Source of the DNA: an uncultured Verrucomicrobiae bacterium
GTDB lineage: Bacteria; Verrucomicrobiota; Verrucomicrobiia; Chthoniobacterales; JAFAMB01
Assembly (NCBI GenBank): GCA_963762565.1
Contig: CAVXLD010000005.1
Location: 384,001-448,000, forward strand
DNA: 64,000 nt
Direction: 5' to 3'
Shown piece by piece: positions 32,371-43,479 of the stretch. Numbering within the stretch: position 1 is the stretch's first letter; each line of letters starts with the position of its first letter. The translations under genes were made by a program, and so were the position numbers. A model generated the notes under the pieces. That model did not search any database and was not told the DNA's origin. It was given only the letters and a program-made list of their open reading frames with translations.

Positions 32371-34002
32371 TTGGTGGTGGCTAAAAGCGCTGCGAGTTCT
32401 AGTTGGACCGCCTTACGCAATCGCGCCTTTCGCGCGATCTGGTTCGCCTCTCTCAGTTCCGGAATCTGTGATTCCGCTCACGGCACGGCAGCGACCTGGG
32501 CGATGAACCAGCTCAGTCACTCGGCCCTGTTCTTGTCCATGATTTCGACGTTCACCTCTCTCCCGTTCTTCCTGTTTACTCTTCCCGCCGGCGCCATTGC
32601 CGACATAATGGACCGCGGGAGGCTGGTAGCGATCATGCATATCTACTTAGCCGGCGCAGCTGGCGGGCTTGCAGTGCTTGGCTGGTTCAATCTCCTCAAC
32701 TGCTATCTCATCCTGCTCTTCGTATTTTTGACGTCAGGAGGTTTTGCCTTCAACGCACCGGCGTTTTGTTCCCTGCTGACGGACATCGTTTCCAGCGAAG
32801 AGCTTCCTTCCGCAACGGTAATTGAATGGACTGCAGCTTGATCTCTCCGGGATGATCGGGTCGGCCCTGGGCGGGGCACTGATACCGTTAATTGGGACAA
32901 ACACCATTTTTGCAGCAAACGGCGCGGCGTTTCTGTTGTTCAATCTCGCTCTGTTGCAGTGGCGCGAACCGAAGGCGCAGCCTCAATCTTTGATGGAGAA
33001 CTTCTTTCAATCGCTTGCTACGGCGGTCCACTACGTCCGCTATGCACCCGGGATGCAAGTCATCTTGGTGCGGCAGATCTTGTTCTCTCTGTTGGTGGCA
33101 GCGATTCCGGCGCTGTTGCCGGTCGTCGCCTTGAACGAATTACACGTCGGCGCGGCTGAGCTTGGACTGTTGTACACCAGCATGGGCGCCGGATCCGTGA
33201 TCACGGCAGCATTTATTCTTCCCTGGGGCCGTGCGCGTTATTTGCCCGACACGTTAACAAAACTGGCCGCGTACCTTTTTGTGCTGGTCATGGTGTTGCT
33301 GGCTTTCGTGCGCCAAATCCAGTTGTTGCCGCTGATCGCGGTTCTGAGCGGCGTGGCTTGGACCTCCACTGCTAACGAGCTCTGGCTGGCCGGGCAGCGT
33401 GCCATGCCTGCCTGGGCTCGCGGCCGGATGAATGCCACGGTCATCATGTTCTCTCAAGGAGCAATAGCGCTCGGCGGAATCATCTATGGCGCCGGCGCCC
33501 AGACCTGGGGCGCCGCTACCGTGTTGATAGCAGTCGTCGCAGTGATCCTGGTTTTGTTGCTGACAGTTCAATTGTTCTCTGTCCCGTTATCGATTGATTT
33601 TACCAAAGAGCTCAACTTCGAGCCCGGGCCCATCGCTCCCTTTTCGCTGAATTTCATTCATGTCCCGCGGCCGGCCGACGGGCCGGTGCGATTACGATCG
33701 ATGTCCAGCTGGACAAGAGTCGAGGGCCCGAGCTCGACGCGTTTGTGAACGAGCTGCGGCTGATTTATTTGCGGAACGGAGCGTACAGCTGGCAGCTGTT
33801 TGCCGATCCTACCCGGCCCAACCGCTTCCATGTCCAGATCATGATGCCGTCCTGGTCCCAATACTTGCTTCTTTGTGAGCGGATCACAAAGGATGAAAGA
33901 AAGCTGATCGATCAGGCGCGAAATCTTCACGTGGGCGAAAACCCGCCCGAAATCCAGATGTATATTCGTGTGAATAAGCGGTTTCGCGATTCGCGACCAT
34001 GA
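32371..34002 (+). pseudogene. MFS transporter (MFS_3/DUF894 type) split by two frameshifts
   Basis: Three consecutive ORFs join into one MFS with the typical C-terminal domain (GPV..., RNGAY.W.LF, PSW..YL). Shifts at about 32821 (+1) and about 33689 (-1). Confidence 0.82.
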
Positions 34003-34137
34003 AATGGTCGAACATGACAGCCGGGGGCCCCGCATTCGCTTTGCTACGGCGAGCCCGTGTTCTGAAGCCGCTTTGACTCAAGTTGTCGCCGCGGATTCTG
34101 GCACAAATTCAGAGGAAAAAAGTAATCGGAGCCGGCA

Positions 34138-35112
34138 TCATTGCAAATCTCCGACCGACGCGACCAGTTCATTTAATAGCCAACGGATAGTATGGTCTTC
34201 ATCCGAGGTCTGGTGCCAAACCATCTCGATCTCTACGGCAACCGCCGGGTAGGGCGGATCCAGCAAGAAAAGCGGGGCGTTGGCCGCAGCCCACAACGCC
34301 AGCCGGCGTGGTGCGATCGCGACCATGTCGCTCATTTGGAGAAATGAGACAATGGCCGCGAAATTTGACACCGAAACGGTAGCGCGCCCAGTCGGGCTAA
34401 TCTTTCCTTCCTGAAATTCTTGCAAAGCGCGTTCAACCGAAACCAAGTAGCTCCCCTGGCGATCGGCTCCACTCTTGTTCTCTTCAATTAATCGCAGAAC
34501 TATATGCGGAAACACATTTAGCTTTTCTTTTGTTACCTTGCCTCGTGTCAGTGGATGGCGAGCGCGAACCACAATGACCTCATCCTCGCGCAGTAGCGTT
34601 TTGCGACGCGCGCTTTCCGGTAATTTGCTGAATGACCCGATCACGAGATCGGCATGACCTTTCTCAAGTTGCTGAACCGCGTCGATATGATTAGAGGAGA
34701 CGACCTGGAGCTCTAGATTCGGCGTGCTCTTGGCTAACCGTTTAAGCAGCGGCGGAAGAAGAACGACGCAGGCATAGTCTGTCGCTACGATACGAAGCGT
34801 TCGGGGCAGTTCGGCCGGCGCAGAGTTATTTCTTCTTACAGCTAACTCGAGCATTTGGTACGCTTCTCGAACGGCTGAAGCCAACTCAAGGGCGCGTTGA
34901 GTTGGTAGCATTCCGGATCGGCTCGGAGTAAACAGTTCATCTCCGATCGACTGCCGCAGTCTATTTAACGCGTGACTGACCGCCGAAGGGGTAATTGAGA
35001 GGACTTGGCTCGCTTTGACGACGCTACGAAGCTCCATCATTGCATTAAATACCCGAAACAGATTGAGGTCGATCATACGGAGGTAGTCGTTCCCGACATA
35101 ACCTTGACGCAT
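34138..35112 (-). CDS. LysR-family transcriptional regulator (NodD/SyrM-like)
   Basis: IDLNLFRVF..., SITPSAVSHALNRLR..IGDELF HTH; LysR substrate-binding domain. Start may be 35076. Confidence 0.92.
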   Translation of the reverse strand: MRQGYVGNDYLRMIDLNLFRVFNAMMELRSVVKASQVLSITPSAVSHALNRLRQSIGDELFTPSRSGMLPTQRALELASAVREAYQMLELAVRRNNSAPAELPRTLRIVATDYACVVLLPPLLKRLAKSTPNLELQVVSSNHIDAVQQLEKGHADLVIGSFSKLPESARRKTLLREDEVIVVRARHPLTRGKVTKEKLNVFPHIVLRLIEENKSGADRQGSYLVSVERALQEFQEGKISPTGRATVSVSNFAAIVSFLQMSDMVAIAPRRLALWAAANAPLFLLDPPYPAVAVEIEMVWHQTSDEDHTIRWLLNELVASVGDLQ

Positions 35113-35218
35113 TTCGCGATTCTCAGGTATTCCAAGTGCCTGGTTTTTGGGAAACCTTTCCGCTCGGGATACTCCGATTCTGGACGGGGAACTCAGCATT
35201 GTCGTTCAAGACTCCATA

Positions 35219-35479
35219 CTAAGCTTGGCGCTTCAGTTCTAATTTTACCTTAACCGGTGGACTATTCCTAAGGACCTTCCCTTTCTCAATGTCAAATCGA
35301 GTGCCGCGCGGTTCAGTGTAACACAAGACTTCCACATCTCTAGCTGCATCGTAAATGACGGAGGAGTCTGTGACTAAATCAGCTACGAGAAATGGGTGTT
35401 CGCCGATGATCACTCTTTCTTTCTCCTCAATTACTAACAATCCCATGCGCACCTTCGAGCTCATCCAGTCGGAGTTCAA
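35219..35479 (-). pseudogene. 5'-truncated paralog of the 18511-18972 hypothetical gene
   Basis: Colinear DNA and protein similarity (VADLVTD, VEVL.YTEP.GTRFDIE.GKVLRNS) ends a few bases from the RND stop codon. Confidence 0.75.
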
Positions 35480-35485
35480 TCCCGG

Positions 35486-38400
35486 TTAGTTGCTGACCTC
35501 TTGGAGCTCTCCTTCGGGGCTTGGCCGTGTGGGCGCCTTGGCCCGAGATTTGCGACCAAAGAGTTTCATGATCACGGAAAAGAACACTGGAGTTAAGAAA
35601 ATTCCGAAAAACGTTACCCCGAGCATGCCGGTAAAGACTGTGGTGCCCAGTGCCTGCCGCATCTCCGAGCCCGCGCCTAACGCAATCACTAACGGCCAGA
35701 CGCCCATGCTGAACGCAAACGACGTCATGAGGATCGGGCGCAACCGCAACCGGCAGGCTTCAACTGCGGCTTCATGCCGCTCCACCCCGGCGTCCATCTG
35801 CTGTTTGGCGTATTCCACGATCAGGATCGCGTTCTTACAGGCCAGACCCACCAAGACCACCAACCCGATCTGGGTGAAGATGTTATTGTCCATGCTACGC
35901 AGGAAGACGCCCGAGATGGCGGCCAACAGGCACATCGGCACGACCAGGATGATGGCAGCCGGCAGCGTCCAGCTTTCGTACTGCGCCGCCAGTGCGAGGA
36001 ACACAAACAGCACGCACAACGGGAAAATGTAGACCGCTGAGTTACCGGCGAGTTCCTGTTGTAGCGCCATTTCGCTCCACTCATAACCGAACTGCTTGGG
36101 CAAGTTTTCGGTCGTCATCCGTTGCATGAGATCCATTGCCTGGCCCGAACTGAAGCCTGGTTGCGGGACCGCATTTATGTCTGCCGAGGGGTAGAGATTG
36201 TAGTGCATCACTTTGTCGGGCCCGTTGGTCTCGGTGATGTTGAGCAAAGTGCTCAGCGGCACCATTTCATTGTTCTGGTTGCGGGTATAAAGGCTGCGGA
36301 TCGACTCCGGCCCAAGCCGAAACGCGTTCTCGCCTTGGATGTTGACCTGGTAGACGCGGTTCAGAAAATTGAAGTCGTTCACGTAGGCGGACCCCAGGTA
36401 GCCCTGAAGGGTATCGAAGATCGAGCTGAGCGGCACGCCCAGCGTCTCGGCTTTCCGGCGGTCGATGTCCAGATAGAGCTGGGGCGCCTGCGAACGGAAA
36501 GTGGTGAACGCGTTCATGATCGCCGGCTGAGCGATTGTTTTTCCGACCAGAGCGTCGGTGGCCGCCTGCAGAGCGGGCAGGCCGGCGGCGCGACGGTCCT
36601 CTACCTGCAGTTTCAGGCCGCCTGCGTTCCCGATTCCTTGGACCGGCGGCGGAGGAAATACCATCGCCCGGCCGTCTTGAAGCGTGGCAAAGCGTCGTTG
36701 CACTTCGGCCAGGATGGCAAAACCGTTCTCTTCAGGGTGTTTTGTCCGCTCTTCAAAGGGCGCCAACACAAGAAAAGTGGTGACTGCGTTACTGCGGTTG
36801 GTCCCGTCGAGGCCGGAAAAGCCCGTGAACTCGACTGTGTGGCTGACTCCGGGCACGCTCGAAGCCAGCCGGACCATTTGCTGGCGCATCTCGTCTGAGC
36901 GTTGCAGGGTAGCGCCGTCGGGTAACTGGGCCAGGCCGATCAGATACCCCTGGTCCTGCATCGGGATGAACCCGACCGGGACCGTCTTGAAGCCGAAAAA
37001 GGTGAGTACCAATAACCCCGCGTACACCAGCAGGACCATCGCTGCGACGCGCAAGAGGCGCCGCACGGTCGAGGCGTACGCGCCGGTGGCGGCGTCAAAC
37101 CCCTTGTTGAACAGGCGGAAAAACCAGCCCAGCGCCAGGTCAAGGCCTCGGGCGATCAGGTCTTTTTTCGCGCTTCTTGGCTTCAGTAGCATCGCGGCCA
37201 AGGCCGGGCTCAAGGTCAGAGAATTGAAGGCTGAAATAATCGTCGCGACCGCGATGGTGAGCGCAAATTGGCGGTAGAACTGGCCTACGATGCCGCTGAT
37301 GAACGCCGTTGGGATGAACACCGCGCTCAACACAATCGCAATGGCCATCACCGCTCCACCAACCGTGTCCATGGCTTTGCGCGTCGCTTCCTTAGGGTCC
37401 ATACCGTGCTCGATGTTGTGTTCAACGGCTTCGACCACGACGATGGCGTCGTCGACCACGATCCCGATAGCCAGCACCAAGCCGAATAATGACAGGTTGT
37501 TGAGCGAAAACCCGAACGCGGCCATCACCGCGAAAGTGCCCACCAACGACACTGGCACGGCGACCATCGGGATGAGGGTAGCCCGCCAGGTTTGCAGGAA
37601 CACCAGCACCACGATTAACACCAGAACGACCGCCTCAATCAAAGTGTGGATGACAGCCTCGATCGATTGTTCGACGAACGTGGTAGTGTTGTAAACGATC
37701 TTATACTCCAGGCCCTTTGGAAAACGCTTGGCTAGCTCTTCCATGGCGGCCGACACCCGGTGGGCGGTGGCCACCGCGTTGGCGCCCGGAGTTTGGTAGA
37801 TGACAAGGGCCTGGGAGGGTTTGCCGTCCAGATAGGAAGCCACGCTGTAGTCCCTGGCCCCGAGTTCGACTCGCGCGACGTCCCCCAGGTAAACGAGCTC
37901 GCCCCGGTCGCCATGTTTGAGCAGGATCTGGCGGAATTGCTCGGGTGTGATGAGCCGGCCTTCGGTATTGACGGATAATTCCAGGTTCGTCCCGGGCGGC
38001 GCCGGTTCTGAGCCGAGGCGGCCGGCGGCCACTTGCACGTTCTGGGCTTGAATGGCCTTGACCACGTCATCGGTGGTTAGCTGGCGCGCCCACATCCGGT
38101 CAGGGTCCAGCCACACGCGCATGCTGTACTCGCGAGCCCCGAGCACGACCACATCGCCTACCCCTTCGATACGGTTCAGCACGTCTCGGATCTGCAGGAA
38201 AGCGTAGTTTGAAATATAGGTTTGATCGTAGGTATTGTCCGGGGAGAGCAAGTTCACCACCATCATCAGGTTGGGCGATTTTTTCTTGGTAGTGACACCC
38301 AGTGAGCGAACTTGATCGGGTAGCCTTGGTTGGGCGGTTGCAACCCTGTTCTGAACGAGGTTCTGCGCTGTATCGAGGTTGGTGCCGAGCTTGAACGTCA

Positions 38401-38680
38401 CGGTGAGGGTCATCGTGCCGTCGCTGGTCGATTGGGAGGACATATAGAGCATGTCCTGAACTCCGTTGACCTCCTGTTCGATCGGGGTGGCGACCGTGTC
38501 GGCGATGACCTTGGGGTCGGCGCCCGGATAACGGGCTGTAACCTCGACCGTGGGTGGCACGATGTCCGGGTATTGGGACGTCGGCAGGCCCAAGAGAGCC
38601 AATCCGCCTGCAAGGAGGATGACTAAGGAGAGCACCATCGCAAAAATGGGCCGGTCGATGAAGAAATGAGAGAATTTCAT
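35486..38680 (-). CDS. RND efflux permease (HAE1 family, MexF/OqxB-like)
   Basis: FFIDRPIFA, LAIGIVVDDAIVVVE, KNAILIVE, RLRPILMTS. Confidence 0.96.
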   Translation of the reverse strand: MKFSHFFIDRPIFAMVLSLVILLAGGLALLGLPTSQYPDIVPPTVEVTARYPGADPKVIADTVATPIEQEVNGVQDMLYMSSQSTSDGTMTLTVTFKLGTNLDTAQNLVQNRVATAQPRLPDQVRSLGVTTKKKSPNLMMVVNLLSPDNTYDQTYISNYAFLQIRDVLNRIEGVGDVVVLGAREYSMRVWLDPDRMWARQLTTDDVVKAIQAQNVQVAAGRLGSEPAPPGTNLELSVNTEGRLITPEQFRQILLKHGDRGELVYLGDVARVELGARDYSVASYLDGKPSQALVIYQTPGANAVATAHRVSAAMEELAKRFPKGLEYKIVYNTTTFVEQSIEAVIHTLIEAVVLVLIVVLVFLQTWRATLIPMVAVPVSLVGTFAVMAAFGFSLNNLSLFGLVLAIGIVVDDAIVVVEAVEHNIEHGMDPKEATRKAMDTVGGAVMAIAIVLSAVFIPTAFISGIVGQFYRQFALTIAVATIISAFNSLTLSPALAAMLLKPRSAKKDLIARGLDLALGWFFRLFNKGFDAATGAYASTVRRLLRVAAMVLLVYAGLLVLTFFGFKTVPVGFIPMQDQGYLIGLAQLPDGATLQRSDEMRQQMVRLASSVPGVSHTVEFTGFSGLDGTNRSNAVTTFLVLAPFEERTKHPEENGFAILAEVQRRFATLQDGRAMVFPPPPVQGIGNAGGLKLQVEDRRAAGLPALQAATDALVGKTIAQPAIMNAFTTFRSQAPQLYLDIDRRKAETLGVPLSSIFDTLQGYLGSAYVNDFNFLNRVYQVNIQGENAFRLGPESIRSLYTRNQNNEMVPLSTLLNITETNGPDKVMHYNLYPSADINAVPQPGFSSGQAMDLMQRMTTENLPKQFGYEWSEMALQQELAGNSAVYIFPLCVLFVFLALAAQYESWTLPAAIILVVPMCLLAAISGVFLRSMDNNIFTQIGLVVLVGLACKNAILIVEYAKQQMDAGVERHEAAVEACRLRLRPILMTSFAFSMGVWPLVIALGAGSEMRQALGTTVFTGMLGVTFFGIFLTPVFFSVIMKLFGRKSRAKAPTRPSPEGELQEVSN

Positions 38681-38695
38681 TAGTTGAGCTCCAGG

Positions 38696-40045
38696 TTAAT
38701 CACTTGTCCCGGCGGGCGCCTTACCGTTTGGGGCAGAGTCGCCCTGCCCGTTCTGAGACTGCGATTCTGCCCTGGCGGTCACAATCGTCTCGGACTGGCC
38801 GGCCAGCGATTGATTCATGTCGCCCGGTTGGGCCGTGACCTTGCTGCCCGGGCGGGCATTGACCAAGCCGTTAATGATGACCCGGTCGTCCGGCCCAAGA
38901 CCTCTGCGGACCACGCGCAATCCATCAAAAACCGGGCCGAGTTCCACCGGGCGCACTTGAACGACACTGTTATCATCCACTAACAGCACAAACTTCTGTC
39001 CCTGATCGGTCGCGATGGCCCGATCGGTGATCAGGAGAGCGTCGTGTTTGGGTGTCCCCGCGATTCGGACGCGGACAAAGGCATCGGGGTAAAGAGACGC
39101 ATCCTTGTTTTGGAAACGGCCACGGATCTGAAGAGTACCCGTCGATGCGTTGTAGGTGTTGTCAACGAAATCAATGAGACCTTCGTGCGGAAAGCCTGTT
39201 TCGCCTTCCAATTGGAGATACACCGGCATGGCCGACACCCGCGGGTCTTGGAGTTGGCCGCCTTGGATCTGGTTGTAGTATTTTTGCACTGTCCGTTGGT
39301 CGACGTTGAAGTACGCGTAGATGGGATCAACGCTCACCACTTTTGTAAGGACGGTCGCATCGGTCTGGACCAGGTTGCCTTTGGTAACGAGTTGGCGGGA
39401 AATGCGGCCCTCGATCGGGGATTTGACCTGGGTGAAATCCATGTTGAGCAGGGCCGAGTTTACCGAGGCCTGTGCCTGAGCAAACTTGGCCTCGGCTTCA
39501 TTCCTTTCCGCAACGCTGGTATCGTATTCTTCTTTCGCGGTAACTTTGTTTTGGAACAGCTTTTCCGCCCGGGCGAAATTAGCCAGCTTCAGTTGGCGTA
39601 GTGCCTCGGCGTCCTGCAGATTGGCCTTGGCTTGGTCGAGAACATCCTGGTAAGGACGCGGGTCGATTACGAACAGAACGTCGCCCGGCTTAACCAGTTG
39701 CCCGTCCTTGAAACTGATTTGATCGATGTAGCCACTCACGCGCGGACGGACGTCCACGCTTTCAATAGCCTCGGTGCGTCCGGTATATTCATCCCACTCC
39801 ACGATTTCCTTATGGATGGGCGTTGCGACAGTCACCGGCGGCGGCGGCAGAATCGGCGCCTGCGTAGATGGTTTGCAACCCGTCGACAAAATGCCAAAAA
39901 CGGCAGCCACCCAGCAAACTGGCTTGAAAAATCTTTTCAAAGATTTGGTTAACTTTAATGAAAGGGAACCCGACTCGGTTCTTTCTGAAAAGAACGAGGT
40001 CGAGGCTCGACGAAAAGTGTTCGCGGCTACGGCGATCGGGATCAT
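38696..40045 (-). CDS. RND periplasmic adaptor (MFP, MexE-like)
   Basis: EWDEYTGR, VRPRVSGYI, LFVIDPRPY, SPIEGRI, TDQGQKFV; lipobox-like LSTGC. True start may be downstream. Confidence 0.93.
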   Translation of the reverse strand: MIPIAVAANTFRRASTSFFSERTESGSLSLKLTKSLKRFFKPVCWVAAVFGILSTGCKPSTQAPILPPPPVTVATPIHKEIVEWDEYTGRTEAIESVDVRPRVSGYIDQISFKDGQLVKPGDVLFVIDPRPYQDVLDQAKANLQDAEALRQLKLANFARAEKLFQNKVTAKEEYDTSVAERNEAEAKFAQAQASVNSALLNMDFTQVKSPIEGRISRQLVTKGNLVQTDATVLTKVVSVDPIYAYFNVDQRTVQKYYNQIQGGQLQDPRVSAMPVYLQLEGETGFPHEGLIDFVDNTYNASTGTLQIRGRFQNKDASLYPDAFVRVRIAGTPKHDALLITDRAIATDQGQKFVLLVDDNSVVQVRPVELGPVFDGLRVVRRGLGPDDRVIINGLVNARPGSKVTAQPGDMNQSLAGQSETIVTARAESQSQNGQGDSAPNGKAPAGTSD

Positions 40046-40204
40046 AGTAGTTTGGAATCTAAACTAAGAAACGAGGATAGGCGGAAGATGCATACCTTTA
40101 TTTGTCTGAAACTGCCCTTTCCTTGTCATTTCGTTGATGAGGTTTATGCGCGTTTGATCTACTGCAGTTTGGAAAAGTGGAGGCGTATGATTTTTGTTTA
40201 GTGG

Positions 40205-40385
40205 ATGCATGTAACAGTCTCTGCCATGCCGCCCATCTGCCGCAATTGGCTGAACGCCTACTTTATTTCCTTCTCAAAAGGATTAGGCGCGCCTAACGGT
40301 CAGGCCGCTGTCGTTGCATCTAAACAAATCGTACATCAATCGAGGATTCGGTGGCAGTAATTAGCCGTAAGCTTGCCGTAAGCTT
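40205..40385 (-). promoter_or_regulatory. Repeated promoter/leader module, copy 1 (others at 41770-41937, 45666-45773 partial, 48919-49098)
   Basis: Shared blocks TGTAACAGTCTC, GCCATGC, CCGCAATTG, TCCCTCTCAAAAG, TGCATCT and CAGTAATTAGCCGTAAG; always upstream of a minus-strand gene. Confidence 0.8.
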
Positions 40386-40391
40386 GCGGCC

Positions 40392-41756
40392 TCAGTTCAG
40401 CATAACCTCATTCAGTCTTTTCGAACCTGATGAACCGTCGGACGCTGCTCGCGCGCGAATTCGAGTCATCCGGCTGGTTAGCTCTTCGATATCGCGTAAG
40501 GTAATTATCTGCTCGATCTCTCTGGAGAATAAGAGCTCCAGCGTCCAGCCGCTGATTACCCGCAGCTTTTTCGCCAATCGTGGAAGTTTCAGCAAATACA
40601 CTGTTCGCCAAAGGCACCAGGCGATGAAGCCCGAGAACTTAATCCCGAATACCATGGCTACACCCGTTCGATGCCCGATGCTCGCCAATTGTCCCAACGT
40701 TTTAAAGACGAAAGGTGTTGGGGGACGGCCCAGGATCTCGGCTTCGATATTCTTCGCAGCGACCAGCCCCTGCCGCAGTCCGTGTTGTGCCGTTGGCGGA
40801 TGCAACTTTCCGGTGGTTCCATCGGGTACTGCTGCGCAATCACCAGCAGCCCAAAGGCCAGAAACACCAGGAACACGCAGGAATTCGTTTACCAAAACGC
40901 GGCCTCGCTCCTTTTGGTAAGGTAATGAAGCGATAACCGGACTTGGCTTTATACCTGCCGTCCAAATGAGAGTCGAAGCGGGTAGTGATTTCCCGTCGCT
41001 CAATCTGACGAGGGAACCGTCATCGAAGCCTGCTACACCCACACCGGCGATCACTTCCACTTTGCGCTCGCGCAATTTACGTTCAGTGTAATCACCGAGT
41101 TCCTCACCTAATTCCGGCAGGAGAAACTGGCCTGGATGGACGAGAACAACCCGAATCAACTCCTCGCTCAGATCGGGATAATACGTTGCGGCTTCGTGTA
41201 CGAAATCGTTGATAGCGCCAGCGGTTTCTACCCCTGAAAAACCGGCACCGGCAATTACAAAAGTTAACAACTGGCGACGTATGGCAGCATCGTCTCGTAG
41301 ATTGGCTTCTTCCAACAATGCAATGACACGATTGCGCAGGAGCGCCGCATCGCTCAGGCTTTTCATTGTCACGGCCCAATCGCTCAGGCCAGGAAGATCA
41401 AAAAAGTTCGTTTCTGAGCCAGGAGCCAGCAGCAGATGATCGAATTCTACCTCGAAATCGAGCTGCGCCACGCCTCCAGAACAACGAAGCCGGCGCTCGC
41501 TCGGATCAATTGCCTTCACCTCGGCTTGAACAATCTTCACATGCCGGAGGATACGACGGAGGGGATTAACAATATCGTTTGGATTAAGATCTCCCGATGC
41601 CACCTCGTGCAACATCGGCGTGAAAAGAATGAAATTCTCACGACTGATCAGCACTACCTCTATGTCAGGCTCTGCAGCGAGCCGTTTGTCCAAATAGGTC
41701 GCGGCAGCCAGTCCGGCGAATCCGCCACCGGCAATAACGATTTTGATCTTATTCAT
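40392..41756 (-). CDS. NAD(P)/FAD-dependent oxidoreductase (type II NADH dehydrogenase-like)
   Basis: IAGGGFAG, FTPMLHEVA, GAGFSGVE, IWTAG, AAGDCA, PPTAQHG. Confidence 0.88.
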   Translation of the reverse strand: MNKIKIVIAGGGFAGLAAATYLDKRLAAEPDIEVVLISRENFILFTPMLHEVASGDLNPNDIVNPLRRILRHVKIVQAEVKAIDPSERRLRCSGGVAQLDFEVEFDHLLLAPGSETNFFDLPGLSDWAVTMKSLSDAALLRNRVIALLEEANLRDDAAIRRQLLTFVIAGAGFSGVETAGAINDFVHEAATYYPDLSEELIRVVLVHPGQFLLPELGEELGDYTERKLRERKVEVIAGVGVAGFDDGSLVRLSDGKSLPASTLIWTAGIKPSPVIASLPYQKERGRVLVNEFLRVPGVSGLWAAGDCAAVPDGTTGKLHPPTAQHGLRQGLVAAKNIEAEILGRPPTPFVFKTLGQLASIGHRTGVAMVFGIKFSGFIAWCLWRTVYLLKLPRLAKKLRVISGWTLELLFSREIEQIITLRDIEELTSRMTRIRARAASDGSSGSKRLNEVMLN

Positions 41757-42496
41757 CTTTGTTAGGTGGATGCTATGTAAATAGTTCTCCGCCATGCGGG
41801 CGATCTCCCGCAATTGGCGGGATGCCTAGATAAACTCCCTCTCGAAAGGGTTAAATGCGCTTGAGGTCATGTCGCTGCGGTGCATCTGAGGAATTCTTGT
41901 ACCATTAGAGGACTCTGCGACAGTAATTAGCCGTAAGTCCTCTGCGGTTAGGGCGAAAGGCGCACTGGGCGTCCAAATAGGCCAGATAAGAGGTAGCCAG
42001 TTGCCGCCTTCGCGTCGGCCCGGCTGCGTTATGCCTGGTTCAGGCTGATCTGATCGTGAGAAACGGGACCGTTGGCAGGCTGATTAACACACGCGGCAAT
42101 GGCAAAGCAGCACCCAATCAGAAAAGAATGTGAGCCTTGTGATGAAAGAATTGAAGTGGGTTCCGTATCGCGAAGCGGTTAAAGATGTTAGCACTAGGAA
42201 TGCTAAAATGACGAGATAAGCCTTCTCTAGGTCCGCCACGGTGCGCCCAGATGCTTTCTTTGTCCTTCCAGCTCATCGTTTCTTTGCTTTCTGCTCCGCC
42301 TTCCATTGCACATAGGCCGGGTTTACTCGGCTCTGGCAGTTTGGATCCATTTTGGGCGGTATGTCCTTCGGCGTGGATGCGGCCATGATGGGGCCGATGA
42401 TTAGGATTACTGGTATTAGTGGGTTCATAGTTCAAAAGGATCTTTCTTCGTTTTTGCCGCGTTCCGTGGGCGCCCTTCGGGCACCCCAGGGAAACG

Positions 42497-42721
42497 TCAC
42501 AAATACAAATTTAGAGCTGTAGGCGCGGCACAACCGTGAGAATTGTCCGGCGCTGACACACGATCCTTCGCCAACCCGTTTAGGCCGTAAAGTTTCCGGA
42601 ATAAGGCCCACCATTTGGCTCGACGTAGGCGTCGCTGCTCTGCGCGATGTAAGATTTCACCGATTAATAATGGATACTGCGAAAGTGTTTTGATTTGGTA
42701 AGTATGGACTGTTCGGTTCAT
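42497..42721 (-). CDS. Small hypothetical protein
   Basis: ATG-started 74-aa ORF with a purine-rich upstream region; no recognised motif. Confidence 0.3.
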   Translation of the reverse strand: MNRTVHTYQIKTLSQYPLLIGEILHRAEQRRLRRAKWWALFRKLYGLNGLAKDRVSAPDNSHGCAAPTALNLYL

Positions 42722-43088
42722 ATTTCTTCAATTGGCAGTAAGTCGTTTTTCGCCTTTGGCTCCAACGATTTGGTGCTTGATCGTGCCCTGCGTTATTGGC
42801 GACCACGGCGGTCCCGCTCGGTGAAAAATGGTGAGTTGGGGCGGAGGTGTGTTTGCGTACAACACGACCTCATTTTTATTGTGTCGCTCTAGTAAGCCAC
42901 CTCCGCCCCTTTCCCCCCACACGTCAGTTGCGAATTTCAATAGAGCTTACTATCAGGAACTGTTAGCGCTATTGGTGGGATGCGGGATTTTTCTACCTCT
43001 CAGAAGGGTTAGTTCGGCGCGCGACTCGGCATGGCGGTTGTCGTCAGTCACAACTGTGCGGGTTCCAAGATGTAGGTGACAAAGGATT

Positions 43089-43317
43089 ACCGCCGTAGCG
43101 GGTTTGCATGAAAGACTAGGCCCTTAGGCCTGGGGAACACCCGTGCCCAAAAACCCGACCTCTAGAGGCGGCAGGGTGCGTATAAAATGTCCCGCTCGGG
43201 AAAAACTATGGCTGATTGGTTAAGAACGTGAGTTTGGCCGCCCTTTCAGGGCGGTTTTCATTCCGTATGTAACCCAGGGCTAAAGCCCTGGGCTGTGATG
43301 TATGCCGCTTCGCGGCA
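43089..43317. repeat. Inverted doublet of composite REP-like palindromes
   Basis: Right arm has hairpins CCGCCCT ttc AGGGCGG, CCCAGGGC taaa GCCCTGGG and TGCCGC ttc GCGGCA. Left arm 43089-43173 is a diverged mirror image. Confidence 0.65.
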
Positions 43318-43479
43318 AACGCGAGAGGGCAGATTTCGCAATCAGTGTCAGCCATTTTTGTTCAAGTTCTTGCGTGAACACACTGGTCGAGCGACGCGGA
43401 AAGCAAACTGCTAGTTTTCCTAACCGGAACGTGGAATCTACCCCAACCTGCCGTCGCTCCCTCGAGCGCTAAATTAGCG

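Noticed and set aside
40205..40260. Sigma-54 promoter in the repeated module
   Set aside because: TGGC is not followed by TTGC at the required -24/-12 spacing.
42560..42640. Possible c-di-GMP-I riboswitch (minus-strand GGAAAC...GGCCTAA)
   Set aside because: The P2 GAAA-tetraloop stem and the GGCAAA/GACGCAAA elements are missing.
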